NCBI GenBank assembly: GCA_015064125.1
Contig: SVSV01000001.1
Span: forward strand, 3,357 to 67,356
Direction of reading: 5' to 3'
Origin: Oscillospiraceae bacterium
GTDB taxonomy: Bacteria > Bacillota > Clostridia > Oscillospirales > CAG-272
DNA length: 64,000 bases
The position numbers were made by a program, and so were the translations under genes. Below the pieces are notes generated by a model. It was not told the DNA's origin. It made no database searches and saw nothing but the letters and a program-made list of their open reading frames with translations. Below are positions 38,868-47,107 of this stretch, in pieces; position 1 is the first letter of the stretch; each line of letters begins with the position of its first letter.

Positions 38868-38896
38868 ATTATAACACGGTGCCCATCTGCTGTCAA
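38868..38896 (-). promoter_or_regulatory. consensus sigma-A promoter of the ilv-leu operon
   Basis: On the minus strand: TTGACA (38896-38891), 17 nt, TATAAT (38873-38868). Confidence 0.8.
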
Positions 38897-39233
38897 TACC
38901 CAAATTTTGCTTTTCGGCACAAAAAACAACAAAAAATTCATTTGCCCCATAAAACTGTGCATTCTGCACATATTTCGGCTTTTTTACTAAAAAAGCCGCC
39001 GAAGCTGCGTATATTCATCCGTTTTTTATACAAGATACCCCGCGCCGCCTCGTGCGCGCGCACAGCGCGCGTTTAAGAATTAGGGAGCGTATCCTCAAAA
39101 GCCGCTTCCAAACGTCGGTATGACAAACACCGCGATTGCATAATTACACCGTGTACACACTGCCGTGCCAGGATGCTTTTTCGGCTTTTTTGGCCACATC
39201 CCGAAAAAAGTTTAAAAAGATTGCAAAAAGCCC

Positions 39234-39262
39234 TTGACTTTAGCGCGGTGAAGTGTTAAAAT
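39234..39262 (+). promoter_or_regulatory. promoter of the yerC-like/his operon
   Basis: TTGACT (39234-39239), 17 nt, TAAAAT (39257-39262). Confidence 0.65.
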
Positions 39263-39295
39263 GTGTAGGTATTTCAACAACAGGAGAGCTTTGGT

Positions 39296-39595
39296 ATGTT
39301 TGATACGAAAAACGAATCCTTAAGTCGCTTGTTTGAGGCAATTTTGAAGCTTGAAACCAAAGAGGAGTGCGAGCGATTTTTTGAGGACATCTGCACCATT
39401 AAGGAATTGCGTGAGATCGCCCAGCGTCTTGACGTAGCGCTTTACCTTTCTCAGGGCAAAAATTATCAGGTCATCTCTACCCTCACAGGCGCCAGCACGG
39501 CTACCATCAGCCGCGTTAACAAGTGCCTGAATTACGGCAGCGGCGGCTACGCACAAATGCTGCAAAGGCTGGCTGATGCGGAGGACAAGCAATGA
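39296..39595 (+). CDS. YerC/YecD-family TrpR-related DNA-binding protein (probable histidine regulator, HisR-type)
   Basis: 99 aa. ..EECERFFEDICTIKELREIAQRLDVALYL..GKNYQVISTLTGASTATISRVNKCLNYG matches the Trp-repressor-like YerC family. Its stop codon overlaps the hisZ ATG as ATGA. Confidence 0.7.
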   Translation: MFDTKNESLSRLFEAILKLETKEECERFFEDICTIKELREIAQRLDVALYLSQGKNYQVISTLTGASTATISRVNKCLNYGSGGYAQMLQRLADAEDKQ

Positions 39596-40698
39596 ACACG
39601 AACAGAATTTTACAGGGTGACGAGCGTGCAGCGCTCGCCCTGCGTGCGCTCTATCACAGCTATGGCTACACGCAATATAAAATGAACAAATTTGAGGAAT
39701 ACGACCTGTACGTGCAAAACAAGGACTTCCTGATCTCGGATAACGTCATTACCTTTACCGACACCAGTGGCAAGCTTCTGGCCCTGAAGCCCGACGTTAC
39801 GCTTTCCATTGTGAAAAACGCAGGCCGCCGCGGCAGCCTTGAAAAAGTATATTATCAGGAAAACGTCTATCGCGTATCGGGGCGCACCCACGCCTTCCGC
39901 GAGATCATGCAGGTGGGGCTTGAATGTATCGGAGCGGTAGACCCCTATTGCATTTTTGAGGTGCTGACGCTGGCCGCCAAGAGCCTTGCCACCATTTCAG
40001 AAAACGCCGTGCTTGACGTATCGCACCTTGGCATTGTTTCGGCCGTGCTCGATGCCCTCGCGGTATCTGCCGACACGCGCCGCGCGCTGCTCACCGCCAT
40101 CGGCGAGAAGAACCTGCACGAGGCAACCGCCATTGCAACAGCCGCTGGTGTTGCATCCGAAAAAATCGCGGTGCTGCAAACGCTCATCTCCTCCTACGGC
40201 GCTCCACACGACGTGCTGCCCACGCTGCTGCCCGTGCTACAGGACATCGTTCCCGAGCAGACCCTTCATGCCTTTGCCGAGCTTCTTGCAGCCCTTGAAG
40301 CCTCCCCCGTTGGCGCACTTGTGCGCGTTGACCTTTCCGTGGTGGGCGACATCGGCTACTACAACGGCATCGTGTTTAAGGGCTTTATTGCGGGCGTGCC
40401 CGAGGGGCTGCTGTCGGGTGGCGAATACAATGGCCTCATGCGCAAAATGGGCAAAAAGGAAAACGCCATCGGCTTTGCCGTTTACCTTGACGCGCTGGAG
40501 CGCTTTATGGAAGATAAAGAAAGCTATGACGTAGATACCGTTTTGCTGTATGACGGGTATGTAGCTCCTGCGGTGCTGGCCGAAAAAATGGCTGCACTGG
40601 TCGCTGAGGGCAAGACCGCCCTCGCGCTGCACGAGATGCCCGAGCGCCTGCGCTACCGTACACTGCTGCGCTTGACTGACGGGGAGGTTCAAAAATGA
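39592..40698 (+). CDS. hisZ: ATP phosphoribosyltransferase regulatory subunit
   Basis: HisRS-like catalytic core without an anticodon-binding domain, placed directly before a short-form hisG. Confidence 0.85.
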   Translation: MNTNRILQGDERAALALRALYHSYGYTQYKMNKFEEYDLYVQNKDFLISDNVITFTDTSGKLLALKPDVTLSIVKNAGRRGSLEKVYYQENVYRVSGRTHAFREIMQVGLECIGAVDPYCIFEVLTLAAKSLATISENAVLDVSHLGIVSAVLDALAVSADTRRALLTAIGEKNLHEATAIATAAGVASEKIAVLQTLISSYGAPHDVLPTLLPVLQDIVPEQTLHAFAELLAALEASPVGALVRVDLSVVGDIGYYNGIVFKGFIAGVPEGLLSGGEYNGLMRKMGKKENAIGFAVYLDALERFMEDKESYDVDTVLLYDGYVAPAVLAEKMAALVAEGKTALALHEMPERLRYRTLLRLTDGEVQK

Positions 40699-41327
40699 AG
40701 GAAATGTTAAACGTTGCCCTGCCCAAGGGGCGCCTTGGTGAGAAGGTCTACGCCATGTTTGAAAAAGCAGGCTTTCCCTGCCCCGCCATTCACGAGGATA
40801 ACCGCAAGCTGATTTTTGAAAATGAGGAGCTGGGGCTCCGCTTTTTCTGGGCAAAGCCCTCGGACGTACCGATCTACGTCGAGCGCGGCGTGGCCGACAT
40901 TGGTGTGGCGGGCAAGGATATTTTACTTGAATATCAGCCCGACGTATACGAGCTCCTTGACCTCAAGCTTGGCAAGTGCCGCATGGCGGTTGCTGCCCCC
41001 AAGGATTTTCACGACGACCCGCGCCGTACCCTGCGTGTTGCCACCAAATTCTCACGCATTGCGAAAAATTATTACGAGGGACTCGGACGTGATATTGATA
41101 TCATCCATTTGAACGGCAGCATTGAGATCGCCCCCATCATCGGCCTTTCCGACGTCATTGTAGATATTGTAGAAACAGGCACGACCCTGCGCGAAAACGA
41201 CCTTGAGGTCTTTGCTACCGTAGTACCCATCAGCGCCCGTCTGATCGCCAACAAGGCAGGCTTTAAATTCAAGAATACAACCGTTGAACAGATCGTGCGC
41301 GGCATCGCCGCGCAGGTGGAGAATTGA
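40695..41327 (+). CDS. hisG: ATP phosphoribosyltransferase (short form)
   Basis: 210 aa: LNVALPKGRL, DIGVAGKD, DIVETGTTLREN. There is an ATGA overlap with hisZ. Confidence 0.95.
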   Translation: MKEMLNVALPKGRLGEKVYAMFEKAGFPCPAIHEDNRKLIFENEELGLRFFWAKPSDVPIYVERGVADIGVAGKDILLEYQPDVYELLDLKLGKCRMAVAAPKDFHDDPRRTLRVATKFSRIAKNYYEGLGRDIDIIHLNGSIEIAPIIGLSDVIVDIVETGTTLRENDLEVFATVVPISARLIANKAGFKFKNTTVEQIVRGIAAQVEN

Positions 41328-41328
41328 T

Positions 41329-42606
41329 ATGATTAGAATTTTAAAATACGGCGAGGTCCCGAACAGCGAGATCTTCGCGCGCACCGAGCCCACGGTGAAC
41401 GTAGCAGATATCGTAGCGGATATCCTTGCCACCGTAAAACGTGACGGTGATAAGGCACTGCTCGCCTTTACCGAAAAATTTGACAAGGCAAAGCTCGATG
41501 CCCTTCAGGTGACCCCCGAGGAGCGCGCTGAGGCGCTTTCCGAGATCGAGCCTAAATTTTTGGAGGTCCTGCGCCGTGCGGCAACCAATATCCGCCGCTT
41601 TCACGAGCGACAGGTGCGCAACAGCTTCATTTTAAATGAGGAAAACGGCGTGGTCGTAGGACAAAAGATCATTCCCATTGACCGTGCGGGCCTTTACGTG
41701 CCCGGTGGCACGGCTGCCTATCCCTCGACCGTCCTGATGGACGCCATTCCCGCCAAGATCGCGGGCTGCCGCGAGGTCGTTATGGTCACCCCGCCCCAGG
41801 CAAACGGCAAGGTCAACCCCGTCATTCTGGCCGCCGCAGAGGTCGCAGGCGTTGACCGCATCTTCAAGGTTGGCGGCGCACAGGCCATTGCCGCCCTTGC
41901 CTACGGCACTGAAAGCATCCCTCGCGTAGATAAGATCGTCGGCCCAGGCAACGCCTTTGTGGCAGAGGCCAAAAAGCAGGTATTTGGCCGAGTATCGATC
42001 GATATGATCGCAGGCCCGAGCGAAATTCTGGTCGTGGCTGACAGCACTGCCGATCCTGCCTTTGTCGCCGCAGACCTCCTGTCACAGGCCGAGCACGATA
42101 AGCTTGCCAGCGCCGTGCTGATCACCGACAGCGAAGCGCTTGCTATGGCTGTCAATACCGAGCTTGAAAAGCAGATCCCGCTTTTGCCCCGCGCCGAGAT
42201 CGCGCGCACCTCGATCGATAACAACGGCAAAATTATCGTGGTTGACGACCTCAAGACCGCCATTGACGTGGCAAACGAGCTTGCACCCGAGCATTTAGAG
42301 CTTGCCGTTGACAATCCCTTTGATTATCTTGACGGCGTGCGCCACGCAGGCTCTGTCTTTATGGGCAAATACTGTCCCGAGGCACTGGGCGATTATCTTG
42401 CAGGCCCCAATCACACGCTGCCCACCAGCGGCACTGCACGCTTTTCGAACCCCCTGTCAGTAGACGATTTTATCAAGAAAACACAGTACACCTACTATAC
42501 CAAGGAGGCGTTCGGACGCGTTGCCGAGGACCTTGCCTATTTTGCGGGCAAGGAAGGGCTTGACGCACACGCAAGAAGCGCCACCATCCGTCTTGAAAAG
42601 AATTGA
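41329..42606 (+). CDS. hisD: histidinol dehydrogenase
   Basis: ATG 41329 lies just after the hisG stop codon. Contains GPGNAFVAEAK, SQAEHD and GPNHTLPTSG. Confidence 0.95.
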   Translation: MIRILKYGEVPNSEIFARTEPTVNVADIVADILATVKRDGDKALLAFTEKFDKAKLDALQVTPEERAEALSEIEPKFLEVLRRAATNIRRFHERQVRNSFILNEENGVVVGQKIIPIDRAGLYVPGGTAAYPSTVLMDAIPAKIAGCREVVMVTPPQANGKVNPVILAAAEVAGVDRIFKVGGAQAIAALAYGTESIPRVDKIVGPGNAFVAEAKKQVFGRVSIDMIAGPSEILVVADSTADPAFVAADLLSQAEHDKLASAVLITDSEALAMAVNTELEKQIPLLPRAEIARTSIDNNGKIIVVDDLKTAIDVANELAPEHLELAVDNPFDYLDGVRHAGSVFMGKYCPEALGDYLAGPNHTLPTSGTARFSNPLSVDDFIKKTQYTYYTKEAFGRVAEDLAYFAGKEGLDAHARSATIRLEKN

Positions 42607-42638
42607 CCCCCAAACGGGGCCTATATCAAGGAGAACCC

Positions 42639-43697
42639 ATGAGCAAATTTTTCACAGCTCGCCTTGCCGCCCTCACCCCCTACACCCCCGGTGAGCAGCC
42701 GCGCGACAGAAAATACATCAAATTAAATACCAACGAATCCCCCTTCCCCCCCTCGCCAAAGGCGCAGAAGGCGGCGGCCGAGGCTGCCGGAAGCCTGCAG
42801 CTTTACCCCGACCCCACGTACCTTGCCCTGCATACTGCCATAGCCGACTATCACGACCTCAGCACCGACGAGGTGCTGGTCACAAACGGCTCTGACGAGA
42901 TCCTGAATTTCGCCTTTATGGCATTCTGCGACGAAAACAGCCCCGCTGTTTTCCCCGATATCACCTATGGCTTTTACAGCGTATTCGCCACGCTGAATCG
43001 CGTGCCCTACACAGAGATCCCCCTGCGGGCCGACTTTTCACTTGACAAGAGTGCGATGATGGCACAAAAGGGTACACTCTTTATCGCCAACCCCAACGCC
43101 CCCACGGGGCTTGCCCTTTCGGCCGCGGAAATAGAGGAGATCGTAGCCGCCAACCGCGACCGCGTTGTGGTGGTTGATGAGGCATACGTGGATTTCGGCG
43201 GTGAGAGTGTCGTGCCACTGGTACGTAAATACGACAACCTGCTCGTCACGCGCACCTTTTCCAAATCGCGCTCCATGGCGGGCGCACGCCTTGGCTACGG
43301 CGTTGGCTCCCCTTCCCTGATCGCCGATCTTAATACCGTGAAATATTCCACCAATCCCTATAACGTCAACAGCATGTCAGCGGCCGCGGGTCTTGGTGTA
43401 ATGGCCGATGAGGATTACACGCAGCAAAACTGCGCCACTATCATAAAAAATCGGGAAAGCACCCAGATGGCTCTCAGAGATCTTGGCTTTGAGGTCACCG
43501 ATTCGCGCGGCAACTTTATGTTTGTGCGCCACCCCCGCCTTGCAGGCAAGGCCATTTACAGTGCCCTGCGCGCGCGCGGGATCCTCGTGCGCCACTTCAG
43601 CAAAGCACCCATTGCCGATTATAACCGCATTACCGTTGGCACAGCCGAGGAAATGGCAGCACTGGTAGCGGCGCTTGCCGATATTATAAAGGAGTAG
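42639..43697 (+). CDS. hisC: histidinol-phosphate aminotransferase
   Basis: ATG 42639 with AAGGAG upstream. The PLP lysine lies in TFSKSRSMAGARLGY. Confidence 0.9.
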   Translation: MSKFFTARLAALTPYTPGEQPRDRKYIKLNTNESPFPPSPKAQKAAAEAAGSLQLYPDPTYLALHTAIADYHDLSTDEVLVTNGSDEILNFAFMAFCDENSPAVFPDITYGFYSVFATLNRVPYTEIPLRADFSLDKSAMMAQKGTLFIANPNAPTGLALSAAEIEEIVAANRDRVVVVDEAYVDFGGESVVPLVRKYDNLLVTRTFSKSRSMAGARLGYGVGSPSLIADLNTVKYSTNPYNVNSMSAAAGLGVMADEDYTQQNCATIIKNRESTQMALRDLGFEVTDSRGNFMFVRHPRLAGKAIYSALRARGILVRHFSKAPIADYNRITVGTAEEMAALVAALADIIKE

Positions 43698-43700
43698 ATC

Positions 43701-44288
43701 ATGAAAAATACCGCAACGATCACGAGAAAGACCGCAGAAACCGATATCAGCCTGACCCTCTCGCGTGGCACGGGCATGGCAAGCATTGACACAGGCTGTG
43801 GCTTTCTTGACCATATGCTCACGCTCTTTACCCGTCACGGCGGCTTTGACCTGACCCTCAGCTGCGTGGGAGATCTGCAAGTAGATGCCCACCATACCGC
43901 CGAGGATATCGGCATTTGCCTCGGGCGTGCCGTAGGCGAGCTCGCAGGCGACAAAAAGGGACTTGCCCGCTATGGCTATATGATCCTACCAATGGATGAG
44001 GCGCTGATCCTCTCGGCCGTTGACCTCTCGGGCCGTTCCTATCTCGGGTACGATGCCGAGATGCCCTGCGCCCAGGTCGGTACGTTTGATACCGAGCTTG
44101 TGGAGGAATTCTGGCTGGCATTCGTGCGCGAGGCCAAGATCACCCTGCACATCGCGCAGCTTGCAGGTAACAACACACACCATATCATCGAGGGCATCTT
44201 CAAATCGGTGGCACATAGCCTGAAAAAGGCACTCACCCCCGACGAAAGCCTTGGCGGCACCGTGCTTTCCACAAAAGAGGTGCTGTAA
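43701..44288 (+). CDS. hisB: imidazoleglycerol-phosphate dehydratase (monofunctional)
   Basis: DAHHTAEDIGI and NTHHIIEGIFKS motifs. 195 aa, with no phosphatase domain. Confidence 0.95.
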   Translation: MKNTATITRKTAETDISLTLSRGTGMASIDTGCGFLDHMLTLFTRHGGFDLTLSCVGDLQVDAHHTAEDIGICLGRAVGELAGDKKGLARYGYMILPMDEALILSAVDLSGRSYLGYDAEMPCAQVGTFDTELVEEFWLAFVREAKITLHIAQLAGNNTHHIIEGIFKSVAHSLKKALTPDESLGGTVLSTKEVL

Positions 44289-44914
44289 TGGTCGCGATCA
44301 TTGATTACGGCGTTGGCAACCTGTTTTCACTCAGCAGCTCGCTTGCCGCCATTGGCGCCGAAGCACAAATAACGGCTGATCCCGACGTGATCCGTGCCGC
44401 CTCGCACGTGATTTTACCCGGTGTCGGCGCCTTTGGTGACGCCGCCGCAAAGCTGCGCCTGAGCGGCCTTGACAAGATCGTGCTGGAGGAGGCTGACAAG
44501 GGCAAGCCCGTAATGGGCATCTGTCTTGGCATGCAGCTCTTGTTTGAGAAAAGCTTTGAATACGGCGAGCATGCGGGCCTTTCGCTGATCAAGGGCGAGA
44601 TCCGCCCCATCGCCGACGTCATTCCAGAAGATCTGAAAATTCCCCACATCGGCTGGAACGCCCTTTCCTTCGGCAAGAAAAAGCATCCCCTTTTCAAATA
44701 TCTTGTGGAGGGCGAGTGCGTGTATTTCGTGCATTCCTATTACGGTGCCGAATGCGAGGAGAGCGTGATCGCCACCGCCGAATACGGTGTGCCGCTGACG
44801 GCTGCCGTGGCAAACGGAAATGTGATGGGCTGTCAGTTCCACCCCGAAAAAAGCGGCAGCGCGGGGCTCTCTATCCTGCGCGCCTTTTGTGAAATGGGGG
44901 GTACGGTATGCTGA
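44288..44914 (+). CDS. hisH: imidazole glycerol phosphate synthase, glutaminase subunit
   Basis: GICLGMQLL (catalytic Cys) and QFHPEKS. Confidence 0.95.
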   Translation: MVAIIDYGVGNLFSLSSSLAAIGAEAQITADPDVIRAASHVILPGVGAFGDAAAKLRLSGLDKIVLEEADKGKPVMGICLGMQLLFEKSFEYGEHAGLSLIKGEIRPIADVIPEDLKIPHIGWNALSFGKKKHPLFKYLVEGECVYFVHSYYGAECEESVIATAEYGVPLTAAVANGNVMGCQFHPEKSGSAGLSILRAFCEMGGTVC

Positions 44915-45621
44915 TTTTTCCCGCAATTGACTTATACGGCGGCAAGGCCGTGCGCCTTTTCAAGGGCGACTATGCCCAAATGACAGTCTACAACGACGAC
45001 CCCGTGGCCGTCGCACGCGACTTTGTGACGGCGGGCGCCACGCACGTGCATCTGGTGGACCTTGAGGGAGCGCGCGACGGCAACACCCCCAATCTTGATA
45101 CCGTCCTCGCCATTAAAAAGGACTGCGGACTGTTTTGCGAGATCGGTGGCGGCATACGCAGCATGGAGGTGGTCAAGCGCTATATGGACGCAGGCCTTGA
45201 CCGCGTGATCCTCGGCACTGCCGCTGTTTCCGACCCCGATTTTTTGCGTGAGGCGGTTGCCGCCTACGGCGACAAGATCGCCGTAGGTGTTGATATCAAG
45301 GATGGGTTCGTGGCTGTGAAGGGCTGGACCGAGAAATCAAACGAAAATGCACTTGATTTTTGCCAAAAGATGCAGGAATGGGGTGTGAAAACCCTCATTT
45401 GCACCGACATTTCACGCGACGGTGCCATGCGCGGTGCCAACCACGCGCTTTATAAGACCTTAAAGGAGCGCTTTGGCATGCAGATCGTCGCATCAGGCGG
45501 TGTATCCTCGATGGAGGACGTTTGCGCGCTCAGCGCCATGGATCTTTACGGCGCCATCATCGGCAAGGCCTATTATACGGGTGCCATTGACCTGAAAACT
45601 GCAATAGAGGTGGCAAAATGA
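44908..45621 (+). CDS. hisA: ProFAR isomerase
   Basis: IFPAIDLYGGKAVRL, DLEGA and SGGVSS. Confidence 0.95.
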   Translation: MLIFPAIDLYGGKAVRLFKGDYAQMTVYNDDPVAVARDFVTAGATHVHLVDLEGARDGNTPNLDTVLAIKKDCGLFCEIGGGIRSMEVVKRYMDAGLDRVILGTAAVSDPDFLREAVAAYGDKIAVGVDIKDGFVAVKGWTEKSNENALDFCQKMQEWGVKTLICTDISRDGAMRGANHALYKTLKERFGMQIVASGGVSSMEDVCALSAMDLYGAIIGKAYYTGAIDLKTAIEVAK

Positions 45622-46376
45622 TTACAAAGCGCATTATTCCCTGCCTTGACGTGCGCGACGGGCGCGTGGTCAAGGGTGTAAACTTTGAAGGGCTCGCCGA
45701 CGTATCCTCTCCCGTGGAGCTTGCACGCTACTACAGCGACCACGGCGCGGACGAATTGGTATTTTACGATATCACTGCCTCGGCAGAGGGGCGGCGCCTC
45801 TTTACCGATATTTTGACCGAGGTGGCAAGTAAAATCTTTATCCCCCTCACGGTCGGCGGCGGCATCAACACGCTTGACGACTTTGACCGTGTGCTCAAAT
45901 GCGGTGCCGATAAGGTCAGCGTCAATTCGGGTGCCATTCGCAACCCACACCTCATCGAGGAGGCCGCCAAGCGCTACGGCAACCAATGTGTGGTGATCTC
46001 CGCTGACGTGAAGCGCGTGGACGGCAGCTTTCGCGTTTTTGCGAAGGGCGGACGTGAAAACACGGGCATGGAGGCCATCTCCTGGATCCGCCACTGTGTA
46101 GATCTCGGCGCGGGCGAGGTGGTGCTCAACTCGATCGATACCGACGGTGTCAAGCGCGGCTTTGACCTTGAAATGTTAGCGGCCGTGTGTGCCGCCGTGC
46201 AGGTGCCCGTGATCGCCTCGGGCGGTGCCGGTAAAATTGAGGATTTTATTACGCTGTTCAATACCCTACCCGGTGTGGATGCGGGCCTCGCCGCCTCTAT
46301 TTTCCACTTTGGCGAGGTCAGGATCAGCGACCTGAAGGAAGCTATGAAAAAAGCGGGCATACCCGCAAGAATATAA
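45618..46376 (+). CDS. hisF: imidazole glycerol phosphate synthase, cyclase subunit
   Basis: [29 protein letters not shown] and ASGGAG. Confidence 0.95.
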   Translation: MITKRIIPCLDVRDGRVVKGVNFEGLADVSSPVELARYYSDHGADELVFYDITASAEGRRLFTDILTEVASKIFIPLTVGGGINTLDDFDRVLKCGADKVSVNSGAIRNPHLIEEAAKRYGNQCVVISADVKRVDGSFRVFAKGGRENTGMEAISWIRHCVDLGAGEVVLNSIDTDGVKRGFDLEMLAAVCAAVQVPVIASGGAGKIEDFITLFNTLPGVDAGLAASIFHFGEVRISDLKEAMKKAGIPARI

Positions 46377-46387
46377 GTGAGGTAACT

Positions 46388-47050
46388 ATGATAACCCCTA
46401 ATTTCAGCATGGATGAATTAAAGTTTGATGAAAAGGGCCTGATCCCTGCCATTGTAGTAGATGCCGTCAGTAAGCAAGTCCTGACGCTCGCGTATATGAA
46501 CCGTGAAAGCCTGCAGATCACACTTGAAAAAGAGCTGTCCTGCTTCTTCAGTCGCTCACGCCAGGAGCTGTGGCTGAAAGGCGAGCACAGTGGCAACGTT
46601 CAGCACGTGGTTTCGATCACCGCCGACTGCGATAAGGATGCCCTGCAAGTAATGGTAGAGCCCGAGGGGCCTGCCTGTCATCTCGGCACCAAGAGCTGCT
46701 TTAGCTTTCCCTTCGGTGAGAGTGAGGCACGCCACGAATTTTCGCTTGAGGGTCTGATGAAATTGATCGAGGGCAGAAAGACCGAAAAAAAAGAGGGCTC
46801 GTACACCACATACCTCTTTGAAAAGGGCCTTGATAAGATCCTCAAAAAGGTCGGGGAGGAATGCACCGAGGTCATCATCGCCGCCAAGGCCGAGGACCGC
46901 GCTGAGACCGTCTACGAGATCTCGGACCTTGTTTACCACGTAATGGTCTTGATGATCGAGGCGGGCATCTCTCTTGAGGATATTCACCGCGAGCTGGCCT
47001 CGCGCCACGTCATTGACCACAAGGTAAAGCAGGAAAAAATGACAAAATAA
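46388..47050 (+). CDS. hisI: bifunctional phosphoribosyl-AMP cyclohydrolase / phosphoribosyl-ATP pyrophosphatase
   Basis: The HisI part has GLIPAIVVD...[16 protein letters not shown]...DCD..AL. The HisE part has [21 protein letters not shown]. Confidence 0.9.
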   Translation: MITPNFSMDELKFDEKGLIPAIVVDAVSKQVLTLAYMNRESLQITLEKELSCFFSRSRQELWLKGEHSGNVQHVVSITADCDKDALQVMVEPEGPACHLGTKSCFSFPFGESEARHEFSLEGLMKLIEGRKTEKKEGSYTTYLFEKGLDKILKKVGEECTEVIIAAKAEDRAETVYEISDLVYHVMVLMIEAGISLEDIHRELASRHVIDHKVKQEKMTK

Positions 47051-47070
47051 GCATTGCTTCTTAACACAAC

Positions 47071-47105
47071 AAAACAACCCGTTGCCGTGGCAACGGGTTG
47101 TTTTA
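47071..47105. terminator. bidirectional terminator between hisIE and the MATE gene
   Basis: CAACCCGTTGCC-gtg-GGCAACGGGTTG flanked by AAAA and TTTT. Confidence 0.85.
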
Positions 47106-47107
47106 AT

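Noticed and set aside
38703-38969. The full 88-aa minus-strand ORF from the track, read as a protein gene.
   Set aside because: Its first 45 codons run across the consensus ilv promoter (38868-38896) and have no RBS. Only the internal ATG at 38834 has a Shine-Dalgarno sequence and lies downstream of the -10.
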